From positions 2,944,001 through 3,008,000 of the forward strand of contig OY781089.1 in NCBI GenBank assembly GCA_963676565.1: a stretch of 64,000 nt of DNA, written 5' to 3'. How positions within the stretch are numbered: the first letter of the stretch is position 1; each line of letters opens with the position of its first letter. The stretch comes from Halarcobacter sp. Its GTDB lineage: Bacteria; Campylobacterota; Campylobacteria; Campylobacterales; Arcobacteraceae. Position numbers and translations under genes: made by a program. The notes under the pieces are model-generated. The model worked only from the letters and a program-made list of their open reading frames with translations, was not told the origin of the DNA and ran no database searches. This document shows, one piece after another, positions 49,501 through 56,093 of this stretch.

Positions 49501-49838
49501 GCTGCTTCAAGGTCATCTATTGTAGTCATTGTTGCTAATTGAGTAGGTCCTTCAAATACTTCAAATACTGGATTATCAGTTTGGTTTGTAAGTAATATTT
49601 GAGCTAGGCCTTTAAGAATAAAAAAGATCTCATTACCATTTGCATCAGTAAATGACACTCTTACATCATCATTATTTTCTAAAATTTCTAGTTTTGTTTG
49701 ATCATAGCTTGCACCATTTTCAACAAAAACTTTTAAAGAACTAATTCCATCTAAAATCAATTCACCATTTTCAGTTTTTTGTAAACTAGCTAAATCAACC
49801 GTAATTCCACCATTTTGGACATTTATACCTTCATACAT
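37506..49838 (-). CDS. Giant T1SS-secreted adhesin (LapA/BapA-like, about 4110 aa)
   Basis: Acidic VCBS-like repeats (GTNDxP), T1SS-143/DUF5801-like repeats, LamG-like domains, N-terminal LEAAAAGG motif, BapA-type C-terminus; start placed at ATG 49838 behind an AAGGGAG RBS; adjacent T1SS genes. Confidence 0.9.
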   Translation of the reverse strand: MYEGINVQNGGITVDLASLQKTENGELILDGISSLKVFVENGASYDQTKLEILENNDDVRVSFTDANGNEIFFILKGLAQILLTNQTDNPVFEVFEGPTQLATMTTIDDLEAAAAGGAPTGSDQTANPAGAGDLDGTNSDDTAGRLNGLPGAGTFDPTAAIIGNFAPVVFDVSLEDIEVLGEEGAGDKNIITGTLTVFDEDEEDIGLHTFTPIEGSLVVTSYNEDGTENGVITVLDDDILVVLNPDGTFEISGDFNDLGLREYATVSFDYFATDIEGATSNIATVTLTVEGTNDIPVVTDVNLNGSGEDQVVQDFEDELNQNDDDSIIYDSNLYVLDGSNLTSSGYFNGIVSGDNVAYNANGVSPISFSFTEVVTFESTYMTSSWYTTQDVVFEGYLNGQLIYTSDSIEINYNGPTLIELNWDNIDQLIVYNTPTGTDVQEDNGSGSHWAMDDFTYSLGSGKKVVYETIDVDSQDTNGNEILRDDEVNNLFEGTLTVTDDDDNDTHEFFMASLEEGNYNIGTDQEPMLVNLELGNLADDSTLSIDDIDLDLTINTDGTYSLGGDFTSLAVGETATVTIEYYAVDDSGAGLGDVNNEPEESEHKTITFTITGTNDQPVVENLDLNGSNSGISDIPNQFVSSGLVGYYDMAEGSGTVIQEEILSLGGFSSKDLDDLTAQDIESLNILYIDKYSSNSEFTNNLASIHSSVYNGMTLIINDGSPYEANSILPGLTQTLVSSSYSNADVNIGPDGVELSNGTLGNLDDSSLDGGSSSIHGAFESSSLPDGAKILLTSGNGNEVVAFSYEYGSGTVIYSTMPLMAYFDPNWLYDDSSFQDFIEAAKIYINNTVEDELANDIVYETNDDDSADTNQNGVLLDEDGNNIFTGKLTVSDDDVNDTHTFHVAENGITVIDSPVDSDNNEIITLDDLDITINPDGTYSIGGDFTELAVGETVTVEVEYYALDNQGKDGTDGINETSESEHKTITFTITGTNDQPVVENINLNNLDDLQSAGSDIGHIPFEGTPNGFTISFTLNLDSAVTQNTPIIYQGEGFPPNSGYIAAPYIAISNHPVYNQSLLFQMGDSYEHFYSDFSFSAGIDYDIQMVFENGTVNLYVDGNLISHAYDSGDANFDSVPTNNETMFINDVGMTVSNLVILNANGNQINVIDNSSVLYETLDTDSADTNQNGVLLDEDGNNIFTGTLEVTDDDVNDTHQFYIAENGITVVDSPLDSDNNEIITLDDLDITINPDGTYSIGGDFTELAVGETVTVNVEYYAVDNQGKDGTDGINETSESEHKTITFTITGTNDQPVVDEVTIDVLESELASNPDNQTLTIGTDSQYALGNYVSDDDVNDTHTFARADGSTISLSINTTNATLLTAIANQDLAYIKSVLAEIVAIPEVTTALTNGIDAIPAIDVQSTIAAFMAAPDIATALAIVNSTFGTVGVTAQLDPVTGLTLSIDDAGALEAESLLNVTVNQDGSYEVTSPLFDHLSVDDSVSVSFDYVANDGTNDANGETNVSEANTVTLNIQGTNDQPVVDEVTIDVLESELASNPDNQTLTIGTDSQYALGNYVSDDDVNDTHTFARADGSTISLSINTTNATLLTAIANQDLAYIKSVLAEIVAIPEVTTALTNGIDAIPAIDVQSTIAAFMAAPDIATALAIVNSTFGTVGVTAQLDPVTGLTLSIDDAGALEAESLLNVTVNQDGSYEVTSPLFDHLSVDDSVSVSFDYVANDGTNDANGETNVSEANTVTLNIQGTNDQPVVDEVTIDVLESELASNPDNQTLTIGTDSQYALGNYVSDDDVNDTHTFARADGSTISLSINTTNATLLTAIANQDLAYIKSVLAEIVAIPEVTTALTNGIDAIPAIDVQSTIAAFMAAPDIATALAIVNSTFGTVGVTAQLDPVTGLTLSIDDAGALEAESLLNVTVNQDGSYEVTSPLFDHLSVDDSVSVSFDYVANDGTNDANGETNVSEANTVTLNIQGTNDQPVIQSISKIDGIYELNDLITDFIWEEYYYVLSQEDLFANSVISDDDVNDTHTLQLASASILFDGGIYSNNFQYTFDQNSASGPNNPISNPENSGILEVTQDFLDNYPQVNANVGDFIIYNSEFNHLSAGEKVLVTFDVVANDGTNDANGETNLSSPKTVTVEVVGTNDQPVVDNITLGDTPSTIIFEENLKDKNGNEDVLFKGKLSKVADEDINNTNPHYKIVGDVEVLSNPIGLVASDIDVSLKGENGNGWTTSRVYKVFSEKFNTLADGETVTLSFNYKASDWEGFGTTGDANNEPSHSEVKTVTITITGTNDKPVAKSFIHDGPANNGQVWENAGQQIVIDPTSDFGVDDLSSIAGYDVDVNDTLRVNSISNDAGDTVTYDGVNATAWIESNSGVAVRINADGKVEYNLNMFKTNGETVFDHLDAGDTDTDTFKFTIIDNNGAVSNEAVATINILGTNDKPVIDSNLVANLTEINEDVLDVDNTGTLVSALLGNSVSDFDDDAVEGIAVTGIDNTNGTWQYSIDGGTSWTNFDNSTSDTNATMLYDSSLVRFVPNEDYYGSADITYHAWDQNGYNLVNGSTAVDITSSYGGIKGTVSVDSATSSVTVDSVQDFIANTQGNPLVDTSKDNKAKVYEVGIDDANDDSETDTKAFRIEFGDDTPGTITFNTTQTVPNGLTSGGEAVVYDVSADGLTITAKTQTTDEVVFTLEIDNTTPQTVGSYTNTNSYTMTLFKPIDHLMNQHNGETKYLSFDYDSEDSDGDVRSGNVTLQVVDDVPTAGWSGYTQNNGQTGYVVTETTDANGFVTLSTVGTSLNFDGGADGATVTELRFANEVGDKIQTKYVSNNERYFLQSQGEDIVLERAGLDITGKANGVTVFTIVVDEVTGDYTYTQYAPIDHVEGSTSGSYQDEIVNLVLQYTVTDGDGDTATGYSTIRVEDDSPISLSQNGIAQNAVVEESTVGDTTTASLRVDYGADGFASVAFTGVVEGYMHDQLTSGGVPITYDFSIPGKVIAKAGTETVFEVILNSDGKTYDVNLIGSLDHTAPDGNPGGRDEGQSINFIFEATDKDGDTLESSLSVRIIDDVPEMIYNDSQMTNNMRIISADDSAGGAQGTDQQWNMTGKALSMAVSLGADGGTFEWDAVNSTFDVNTVNGITFDVDANGTLLIFQDQGGVQVQVAQVTMDNAETGAYTYTQNANLLHADALHPQHGQANTSAFTLAFKAIDADGDTLENEIDLLIKDDVPLSSWTAPVLADETSLNTVVNGQLNFDGGADGAEVTSVFHHWQNANDGTVKIYDGPNGTAFTLTSGGEAVVVTYEDNGMTMVGKLSDDTEVFRLEAQSDGSFTFVQKEAIDHPIGSTQEDDLLLKLKFTVTDADGDTSTSNFGVKIADDTPVADYGGRKDISEVDIDSLVPASVNGQLIFDGGEDGATLTDVNFWGEGSQVMVYDGQGNPPIALTSNGEPVIATQMVDVNGVITITALANTTPVYTLVVQPDGNYEFTLEGPIDHPQSSLTGQDEELLLRYSYTVTDGDGDTDVDYFSINIIDDVPTIDGMSSASTTEADANNDGIFDEAVVTGTLGRINEGADEAIVTEMHISNTADYNNLTSGGDAVTATQVGNVITGAKADGTVVFTFTYNENGDYIFTQKEPLDHNGRSETLIKLGFGYTITDADGDAASSALIVSIHDDEPIVVADTNSVNEAASGITTKSQISGNILTNDKDVDIDNDDAIQIIGLEMTSPQVISSTVATHTINGQLYEGFHISGVYGNIMVDAKSGEYIYNLYNDRDIVNELSEGEQVSETFSYTITDENGVTQVSTLTINITGTDDLPEFEVATVSSDVDNIDMTGLNFSSGFKFEADVKLDSNSETFFRQNDNGSNSFLIEFGDADHNSPHNPGTYLQLYIPLVNGGVYKAVTIDSLTIDEWHSIEVNYDPINGATIFIDGQSVGLDDSMGDSPSAMVAVNDSNYTVGSTTNEDFNGVFKDVKITSLEDDTEIVPNLSGDEVLFIQDDVDDGITDMSALLQNAITEGQLLSSGNSIDEIDLSSGDHILSNISVGDVLAMTDSDNTLKIETDSGDTVKLDLTNEWTATGNTDVDTGLDIYEGVTDSSVKLLIDSLNVEDTNI
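43882..45924. repeat. Three essentially identical tandem 681-bp (227-aa) units within the adhesin
   Basis: Units start at 43882, 44563 and 45244; identical shadow ORFs recur at 681-bp spacing. Confidence 0.95.
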
Positions 49839-49873
49839 GATAACTCCCTTTGAATTCAGTTTTATATAATACA

Positions 49874-49906
49874 AGTCTACTAGTAGAAAGTCTCAAATAA
49901 GTCTCA
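49874..49906 (-). promoter_or_regulatory. Putative adhesin promoter TGAGAC-N5-TGAGAC-N10-TAGACT
   Basis: gtctca at 49890-49895 and 49901-49906; -10-like hexamer at 49879-49874. Confidence 0.6.
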
Positions 49907-50038
49907 AAAGTGACTAAAAGTAACAAAGAGATCAAATGTAACTACTTTGCAACTAAATAGTTTAAAACAAAAAATATCAATAACTTATAAGTTTATTTTC
50001 ACTAAAATATCACTTCTAAAATTATTAAAGGAATCTTC

Positions 50039-51073
50039 TTGCAAGAAAAATCAAAAATCTTAGTAACAGGTGGTGCTGGTTATATTGGTTCGCACACACT
50101 TATCTCACTTAGCAATGCAAATTATGGTTTTGTAGTATATGACAATCTTTCAAACTCATCAAAAGAGAGTTTGAAAAGAGTAGAAAAAATTATAAATAAA
50201 TCAATAGATTTTATTGAAGGTGACATAAGAGACAAAGATAAATTACAAGAGGTTTTTGATAAATATAAAATTGATTCAGTTATCCATTTTGCAGGATTAA
50301 AAGCGGTTGGTGAATCTGTAGAAAAACCTTTAAAATATTATGACAACAATGTTTGTGGAACTCAAAAATTGCTTGAAGTGATGCAAAAAAACAATTGTAA
50401 AAAAATAGTTTTTTCATCATCTGCAACTGTTTATGGAGATCCTGCAACTACACCTATAAAAGAAGATTTTCCAGTTGGAGGAACAACAAATCCATATGGA
50501 ACTTCAAAATATATGATTGAAAAAATATTAGAAGACTTATATATAGGTGACAATGAATTTAAAATAGCAATATTAAGATACTTTAACCCCGTTGGAGCGC
50601 ATGAGAGTGGAACCATAGGGGAAGACCCAAATGGTATTCCAAATAACTTGATGCCTTTTATTTCACAAACGGCTGTAGGCAAAAGAGAATTTTTATCTGT
50701 ATTTGGTGGTGATTATAATACCCCTGATGGAACAGGGGTTAGAGACTATATCCATGTTGTTGATTTAGCTGAAGGTCATGTTAAAGCAATAGATTTTTTA
50801 AACTCACAAGATAAAAATACAAAACCACTAATTGTAAATCTTGGAACAGGAAATGGATATTCTGTTTTAGATGTTGTAAAAGCTTTTGAAAAAGCTTCTA
50901 AAAAAGAGATCCCATATAAAATTGTAGATAGACGAGCAGGAGATATTGCTTCATGTTTTGCAGATCCTAGTTTTGCTAAAGAGATTTTAGGATGGGAAGC
51001 TAAAAAAGATATAGAACAAATGTGTGCTGATTCATGGAATTGGCAAAGCCAAAATCCAAACGGATACAACTAA
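50039..51073 (+). CDS. galE: UDP-glucose 4-epimerase
   Basis: [35 protein letters not shown]. Confidence 0.96.
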   Translation: MQEKSKILVTGGAGYIGSHTLISLSNANYGFVVYDNLSNSSKESLKRVEKIINKSIDFIEGDIRDKDKLQEVFDKYKIDSVIHFAGLKAVGESVEKPLKYYDNNVCGTQKLLEVMQKNNCKKIVFSSSATVYGDPATTPIKEDFPVGGTTNPYGTSKYMIEKILEDLYIGDNEFKIAILRYFNPVGAHESGTIGEDPNGIPNNLMPFISQTAVGKREFLSVFGGDYNTPDGTGVRDYIHVVDLAEGHVKAIDFLNSQDKNTKPLIVNLGTGNGYSVLDVVKAFEKASKKEIPYKIVDRRAGDIASCFADPSFAKEILGWEAKKDIEQMCADSWNWQSQNPNGYN

Positions 51074-51094
51074 AAAAACAAGGAGAATTGATAT

Positions 51095-51982
51095 ATGAGT
51101 ACACCAAACGGAAAGATTACAAAATGCCTGTTTCCAGCAGCAGGATATGGGACAAGATTTTTGCCAGCAACAAAAGCGATGCCAAAAGAGATGTTGCCAA
51201 TATTGACAAAACCATTAATCCAATATGGTGTAGAAGAAGCGATGGAAGCAGGATGTAATATTATGGCAACAATTACTGGACGAGGTAAAAGAGCTATCAC
51301 AGATCACTTTGATATTTCCTATGAACTTGAACATCAAATAAAAGGAAGTTCTAAAGAAGATCTTCTAAAAGATATTAGAAAGATTATGGAAACTTGTACC
51401 TTCACTTATACTAGACAAAATGAAATGAAAGGTTTAGGTGATGCAATATATAAAGGTAATGTTTTAGTAGGATTTCAAAATCCTTTTGCAGTAATCCTTG
51501 CCGATGACCTTTGTGTAAATCCTGATGGTGATGGTATCTTAAAACAAATGGTAGATTTGTATAATAAATATAAATGTTGTATCGTAGCTTGTATGGAAGT
51601 ACCAAAAGATCAAGTACATAAATATGGTGTAATTGAAGGTAAACCAATGGAAGATGGAGTATATATGGTATCTAATATGGTAGAAAAACCAGATAATGAT
51701 AAAGCACCATCTAATTTAGCTGTAATAGGAAGATATATCTTAACTCCAGAAATCTTTGAAATAATAGAGAATACAAAACCAGGAAAAAATGGAGAATTGC
51801 AAATAACAGATTCTTTATGTGAACAAGCAAAAAAAGGTATGGTATTAGCTTATAAATTCAAAGGAAGAAGATTTGATTGTGGTTCTGTAGAAGGTTTTGT
51901 GGAAGCTACTAATTATTTTTATGAACTTGAAAAGAAAAAAGAACAAGAACAAACTAAACCAAAAAAAGAAACTAAAAAATAA
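51095..51982 (+). CDS. galU: UTP-glucose-1-phosphate uridylyltransferase
   Basis: PAAGYGTRFLPATKAMPKEMLP, VEKP, GELQITD. Confidence 0.96.
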   Translation: MSTPNGKITKCLFPAAGYGTRFLPATKAMPKEMLPILTKPLIQYGVEEAMEAGCNIMATITGRGKRAITDHFDISYELEHQIKGSSKEDLLKDIRKIMETCTFTYTRQNEMKGLGDAIYKGNVLVGFQNPFAVILADDLCVNPDGDGILKQMVDLYNKYKCCIVACMEVPKDQVHKYGVIEGKPMEDGVYMVSNMVEKPDNDKAPSNLAVIGRYILTPEIFEIIENTKPGKNGELQITDSLCEQAKKGMVLAYKFKGRRFDCGSVEGFVEATNYFYELEKKKEQEQTKPKKETKK

Positions 51983-51992
51983 CTCATAAGTA

Positions 51993-52031
51993 AGAAGTAT
52001 TTTGATTTTATTAGTTAATCAAAATACTTCT
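51993..52031. repeat. Perfect 15-bp inverted repeat (terminator or operator) next to a TATAAT box
   Basis: agaagtattttgatt-N9-aatcaaaatacttct; TATAAT at 52034-52039. Confidence 0.75.
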
Positions 52032-52072
52032 AGTATAATCCCAAACTCGAATATATAAATTAGGAACAACAG

Positions 52073-53299
52073 ATGAACATAGCAATAGCAGGGACAGGGT
52101 ATGTAGGACTGTCAAATGGACTACTACTTTCTCAACATAATGATGTAATAGCTTTAGATATTATCCCAGAAAAAGTTGAGATGATAAACAATGGAATTAG
52201 TCCTATTGAAGACAAAGAGATTCAAGAATATTTAACTAAAATACATGGAAATCCTGAGTCATTTGAAGGAAGTTTTAAAGCTACTTTAGACAAAGAAGAA
52301 GCTTATAAAAATGCTGACTATGTAATAATCTCTACACCAACAGATTATGACCCTGAAACAAACTATTTTAATACAAAATCTATTGAGTATGTTATTGCTG
52401 ATGTTTTAGAAATAAATCCTAATACTACTATGGTAATAAAATCAACTATTCCTGTTGGATATACCAAAGGTATAAACGAAAGATTTAATACATCTAACAT
52501 AATCTTCTCACCAGAGTTCTTAAGAGAAGGGAAAGCTTTATTTGACAATTTATATCCATCTAGAATAATAGTTGGAGAACAATCTGAGAGAGCTACTATA
52601 TTTGCAAAGCTTTTAGAGCAAGGAGCTTTAAAAGAGAACATTGATATATTATTTACTAATTCAACAGAAGCAGAAGCAGTTAAACTATTTTCAAATACAT
52701 ATTTAGCTATGAGAGTAGCTTACTTTAATGAGTTAGATTCATATGCAGAAGCACACGATTTAGATAGTAAGCAAATAATAGAAGGTGTTGGATTAGATCC
52801 AAGAATTGGAAGTCATTATAATAATCCTAGTTTTGGATATGGTGGATATTGTTTACCAAAGGATACTAAGCAATTACTTGCAAACTACAAAGATGTACCA
52901 TCAAATATAATAGAAGCAATTGTAAATGCTAACTCAACAAGAAAAGACTTTGTAGCAAACTCTATAATAGAAAAGTTAAATCTTACTTCTGAAAATCCAG
53001 ACAATCTACATACACAAAAAACAGTTGGTATATATAGACTTGTTATGAAAACAGGATCAGACAACTTTAGAAGTTCAGCTATACAAGGAATAATGAAAAG
53101 AATAAAAGCAAAAGGTATTCCTGTAGTAATCTATGAGCCAAATTTAGACGAAGATGATTTTTTTAATTCAAAGGTTATAAAAGACTTTGAAGAATTCAAA
53201 AAATTATCAAATGTGATAGTTGCAAACAGGCTTGATGAAAATCTTTCTTGTGTTAAAGACAAAGTCTACACTAGAGATTTATTTAGTAGTGATGATTAG
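52073..53299 (+). CDS. ugd: UDP-glucose 6-dehydrogenase, copy 1
   Basis: [24 protein letters not shown]. Confidence 0.95.
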   Translation: MNIAIAGTGYVGLSNGLLLSQHNDVIALDIIPEKVEMINNGISPIEDKEIQEYLTKIHGNPESFEGSFKATLDKEEAYKNADYVIISTPTDYDPETNYFNTKSIEYVIADVLEINPNTTMVIKSTIPVGYTKGINERFNTSNIIFSPEFLREGKALFDNLYPSRIIVGEQSERATIFAKLLEQGALKENIDILFTNSTEAEAVKLFSNTYLAMRVAYFNELDSYAEAHDLDSKQIIEGVGLDPRIGSHYNNPSFGYGGYCLPKDTKQLLANYKDVPSNIIEAIVNANSTRKDFVANSIIEKLNLTSENPDNLHTQKTVGIYRLVMKTGSDNFRSSAIQGIMKRIKAKGIPVVIYEPNLDEDDFFNSKVIKDFEEFKKLSNVIVANRLDENLSCVKDKVYTRDLFSSDD

Positions 53300-53308
53300 G
53301 AAGACAAA

Positions 53309-53767
53309 ATGCAAGAACTAAAAAAAGAGATACTAAAATCAATAGTACCAAGAGCAGTATTATTTCCTATGAATGAAAAAGCAAAGGCATCTATTGCAAA
53401 TGAAAAGCTTATCTCTATCACAAGATTCCCTTATAAAATAGGAAGAGAATCAAGAATTAGTAAAAACGAAAGAGGTTTCTTTGTAAAGCTTAGACTTTTT
53501 GATGAAAACACTACACCTAACAATGACATATATCTTATAGACAATGACGAACTTCTACAAATATCAAAAGAGCATTTAGAAATATCAATAGAAAACAATA
53601 GTTTCTTTGTGATAGATAGAGGAAGTATGAATGGTACAACTATCAATAATGAAACTATCGGTGGAAACAGAAAAATCACAAAAAAAGAGATCAAAGATGG
53701 AGATAGAATCAAAATTGGTTCAAAAGAATCATCTTATGAGTTTCAATTTTTAATTTTAGAAATCTAA
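53309..53767 (+). CDS. Stand-alone FHA domain protein
   Basis: IGR, ISKEH, DRGSMNGT, DGDRIKIG. Confidence 0.9.
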   Translation: MQELKKEILKSIVPRAVLFPMNEKAKASIANEKLISITRFPYKIGRESRISKNERGFFVKLRLFDENTTPNNDIYLIDNDELLQISKEHLEISIENNSFFVIDRGSMNGTTINNETIGGNRKITKKEIKDGDRIKIGSKESSYEFQFLILEI

Positions 53768-53811
53768 TAATCCAAATAAATTTGCAAAACTGTATATAAA
53801 TTAATATCAAT

Positions 53812-53844
53812 TGTAACAAAAATGAAACTTTTTTTTGATAAGAT
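53812..53844 (+). promoter_or_regulatory. Putative distal ugd2 promoter TGTAAC-N5-TGAAAC-N10-TAAGAT
   Basis: Imperfect direct repeat with the same geometry as the other promoters. Confidence 0.4.
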
Positions 53845-53919
53845 ATACTCTTATTTTTTATATTAAACTAATGTCTTATTTTATTTATTAATAATTAAAT
53901 TTTAAAATTTATTATTAAA

Positions 53920-53952
53920 TGAGACATTTTTGAGACATTTTTTAGATAAAAT
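53920..53952 (+). promoter_or_regulatory. Putative ugd2 operon promoter TGAGAC-N5-TGAGAC-N10-TAAAAT
   Basis: TGAGACATTTT x2 (53920-53941); -10 at 53947-53952; AAGGA RBS before ATG 53980. Confidence 0.65.
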
Positions 53953-53979
53953 ATCCTCTTATTTTTTACAAGGAATCAG

Positions 53980-55206
53980 ATGAACATAGCAATAGCAGGG
54001 ACAGGATATGTAGGACTGTCAAATGGACTACTACTTTCTCAACATAATGATGTAATAGCTTTAGATATTATCCCAGAAAAAGTTGAGATGATAAACAATG
54101 GAATTAGTCCTATTGAAGATAAAGAGATTCAAGAGTATTTAACTAAAATACATGAAAACCCTGATTCATTTGAAGGAAGTTTTAAAGCTACTTTAGACAA
54201 AGAAGAAGCTTATAAAAATGCTGACTATGTAATTATCTCTACACCAACAGATTATGACCCTGAAACAAACTATTTTAATACAAAATCTATTGAGTATGTT
54301 ATTGCTGATGTTTTAGAAATAAATCCTAATACTACTATGGTAATAAAATCAACTATTCCTGTTGGATATACAAAAGGCATAAACGAAAGATTTAATACAT
54401 CTAACATAATCTTCTCACCAGAATTTTTAAGAGAAGGAAAAGCTTTATTTGACAATTTATATCCAAGTAGAATAATAGTTGGAGAACAATCTGAGAGAGC
54501 TACTATATTTGCAAAGCTTTTAGAGCAAGGAGCTTTAAAAAAGAACATTGATATATTATTTACTAATTCAACAGAAGCAGAAGCAGTTAAGCTTTTTTCA
54601 AATACATATCTAGCTATGAGAGTAGCTTATTTTAATGAATTAGATTCATATGCAGAAGCACATGATTTAGACAGTAAGCAAATCATTGAAGGGGTTGGAT
54701 TAGATCCAAGAATTGGAAGTCATTATAATAATCCTAGTTTTGGATATGGAGGTTATTGTTTACCTAAAGATACAAAACAATTACTTGCAAACTACAAAGA
54801 TGTACCATCAAATATAATAGAAGCAATTGTAAATGCTAACTCAACTAGAAAAGACTTTGTATCAAACTCTATAATAGAGAAGCTAAATCTTACTTCTGAA
54901 AATCCAGATAATCTACATACACAAAAAACAGTTGGTATATATAGACTTGTAATGAAAACTGGATCAGACAACTTTAGAAGTTCAGCTATACAAGGGATAA
55001 TGAAAAGAATAAAAGCAAAAGGTATTCCTGTAGTAATATATGAACCAAATTTAGACGAAGATGATTTCTTTAATTCAAAGGTTATAAAAGACTTTGAAGA
55101 ATTCAAAAAATTATCAAATGTGATAGTTGCAAACAGGCTTGATGAAAATCTTTCTTGTGTTAAAGACAAGGTTTATACTAGAGATTTATTTAGTAGTGAT
55201 GATTAA
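53980..55206 (+). CDS. ugd: UDP-glucose 6-dehydrogenase, copy 2
   Basis: Same length as copy 1, four amino-acid differences seen. Confidence 0.95.
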   Translation: MNIAIAGTGYVGLSNGLLLSQHNDVIALDIIPEKVEMINNGISPIEDKEIQEYLTKIHENPDSFEGSFKATLDKEEAYKNADYVIISTPTDYDPETNYFNTKSIEYVIADVLEINPNTTMVIKSTIPVGYTKGINERFNTSNIIFSPEFLREGKALFDNLYPSRIIVGEQSERATIFAKLLEQGALKKNIDILFTNSTEAEAVKLFSNTYLAMRVAYFNELDSYAEAHDLDSKQIIEGVGLDPRIGSHYNNPSFGYGGYCLPKDTKQLLANYKDVPSNIIEAIVNANSTRKDFVSNSIIEKLNLTSENPDNLHTQKTVGIYRLVMKTGSDNFRSSAIQGIMKRIKAKGIPVVIYEPNLDEDDFFNSKVIKDFEEFKKLSNVIVANRLDENLSCVKDKVYTRDLFSSDD

Positions 55207-56082
55207 ATGAAAATATTAGAAATTAATCTAACAAGGAAAGCTAATATAAGAACAAAATCTTATGCCAAATATTATTGTGAAATTAATTCTATTCAAGATA
55301 TAGAATTTATTTTAGAATTTTCAAAAAAAGAAAACCTAGAAATTCAAATTCTTGGAGATGGAACCAATATTTTGTTTAGTAAAGAATACTATCATAATGT
55401 TATATTTATAAAACTCAAAGATTCATTCAATTATTTTAGAATAACAGATAAAACTGTAGAAATAGGTGCTTCACATTCTCTTATGAAAGCTGGTAAACTT
55501 TTATCTAAAAATGGATATGAAAACTTCATATACATGTCTTTGATCCCTGGTTCATTAGGTGGTGCAGTTAGACAAAATGCAGGTACTACAAAAGAAGGAG
55601 AAATCAAAGATTCTTTTATTTCATGTATTGTTTATGACTTAAAAGAAAAAAAAGAAAAAGAATTATTAATTGAAGATATGAAATTTTCTTATAGAAATTC
55701 AATTATTCAACAAGAAAAGAATAGATATTTAGTTTTATCTGCAAAGTTTAAATTAGAGAATAAAACAACTAATTTAATTGAGCTTAAAGAATTCATCAAA
55801 ACTAAACAAAAAGCCAAAATCAATAAAGAACCTAAAGGATATACTTTTGGTTCAACTTTCAAAAGTCATTTACAAGAAAAACCCGCTTGGTGGTATATAG
55901 ATCAAGTGGGATTGAAAAATAGTATTATTGGTGGAGCAAAAATTTCTGAAATTCATGCAAACTGGATTGTTAACTATAATAATGCATCTGCATCAGATAT
56001 AATTGAACTAATTAAAAAAATTAAATCTAAAGTTAAAAAAAACTTCGATATTGAACTTATTGAAGAAGTCGAAATCATATAA
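55207..56082 (+). CDS. murB: MurB-like UDP-enolpyruvyl-sugar reductase (polysaccharide-locus paralogue)
   Basis: LGDGTNILF, IPGSLGGAVRQNAG, FSYRNS, FGSTFK, HANWIVN, EEV. Confidence 0.88.
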   Translation: MKILEINLTRKANIRTKSYAKYYCEINSIQDIEFILEFSKKENLEIQILGDGTNILFSKEYYHNVIFIKLKDSFNYFRITDKTVEIGASHSLMKAGKLLSKNGYENFIYMSLIPGSLGGAVRQNAGTTKEGEIKDSFISCIVYDLKEKKEKELLIEDMKFSYRNSIIQQEKNRYLVLSAKFKLENKTTNLIELKEFIKTKQKAKINKEPKGYTFGSTFKSHLQEKPAWWYIDQVGLKNSIIGGAKISEIHANWIVNYNNASASDIIELIKKIKSKVKKNFDIELIEEVEII

Positions 56083-56093
56083 AAAGGTTAAAA

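Noticed and set aside
37754..49542. His/Leu-rich short ORFs overlapping the adhesin, including repeated 98-aa and 68-aa ones
   Set aside because: Alternative-frame artefacts of Asp/Thr/Val-rich codons and of the 681-bp repeat.
37506..49874. RTX/MARTX toxin call, and the TTG start at 49874
   Set aside because: No RTX arrays or toxin effector domains recognised; ATG 49838 has a good RBS while 49874 overlaps the predicted -10 box.
49937..49953. TGTAAC-N5-TGCAAC repeat as a galE promoter
   Set aside because: No -10 box at the expected distance; may be a regulator site but cannot be assigned.
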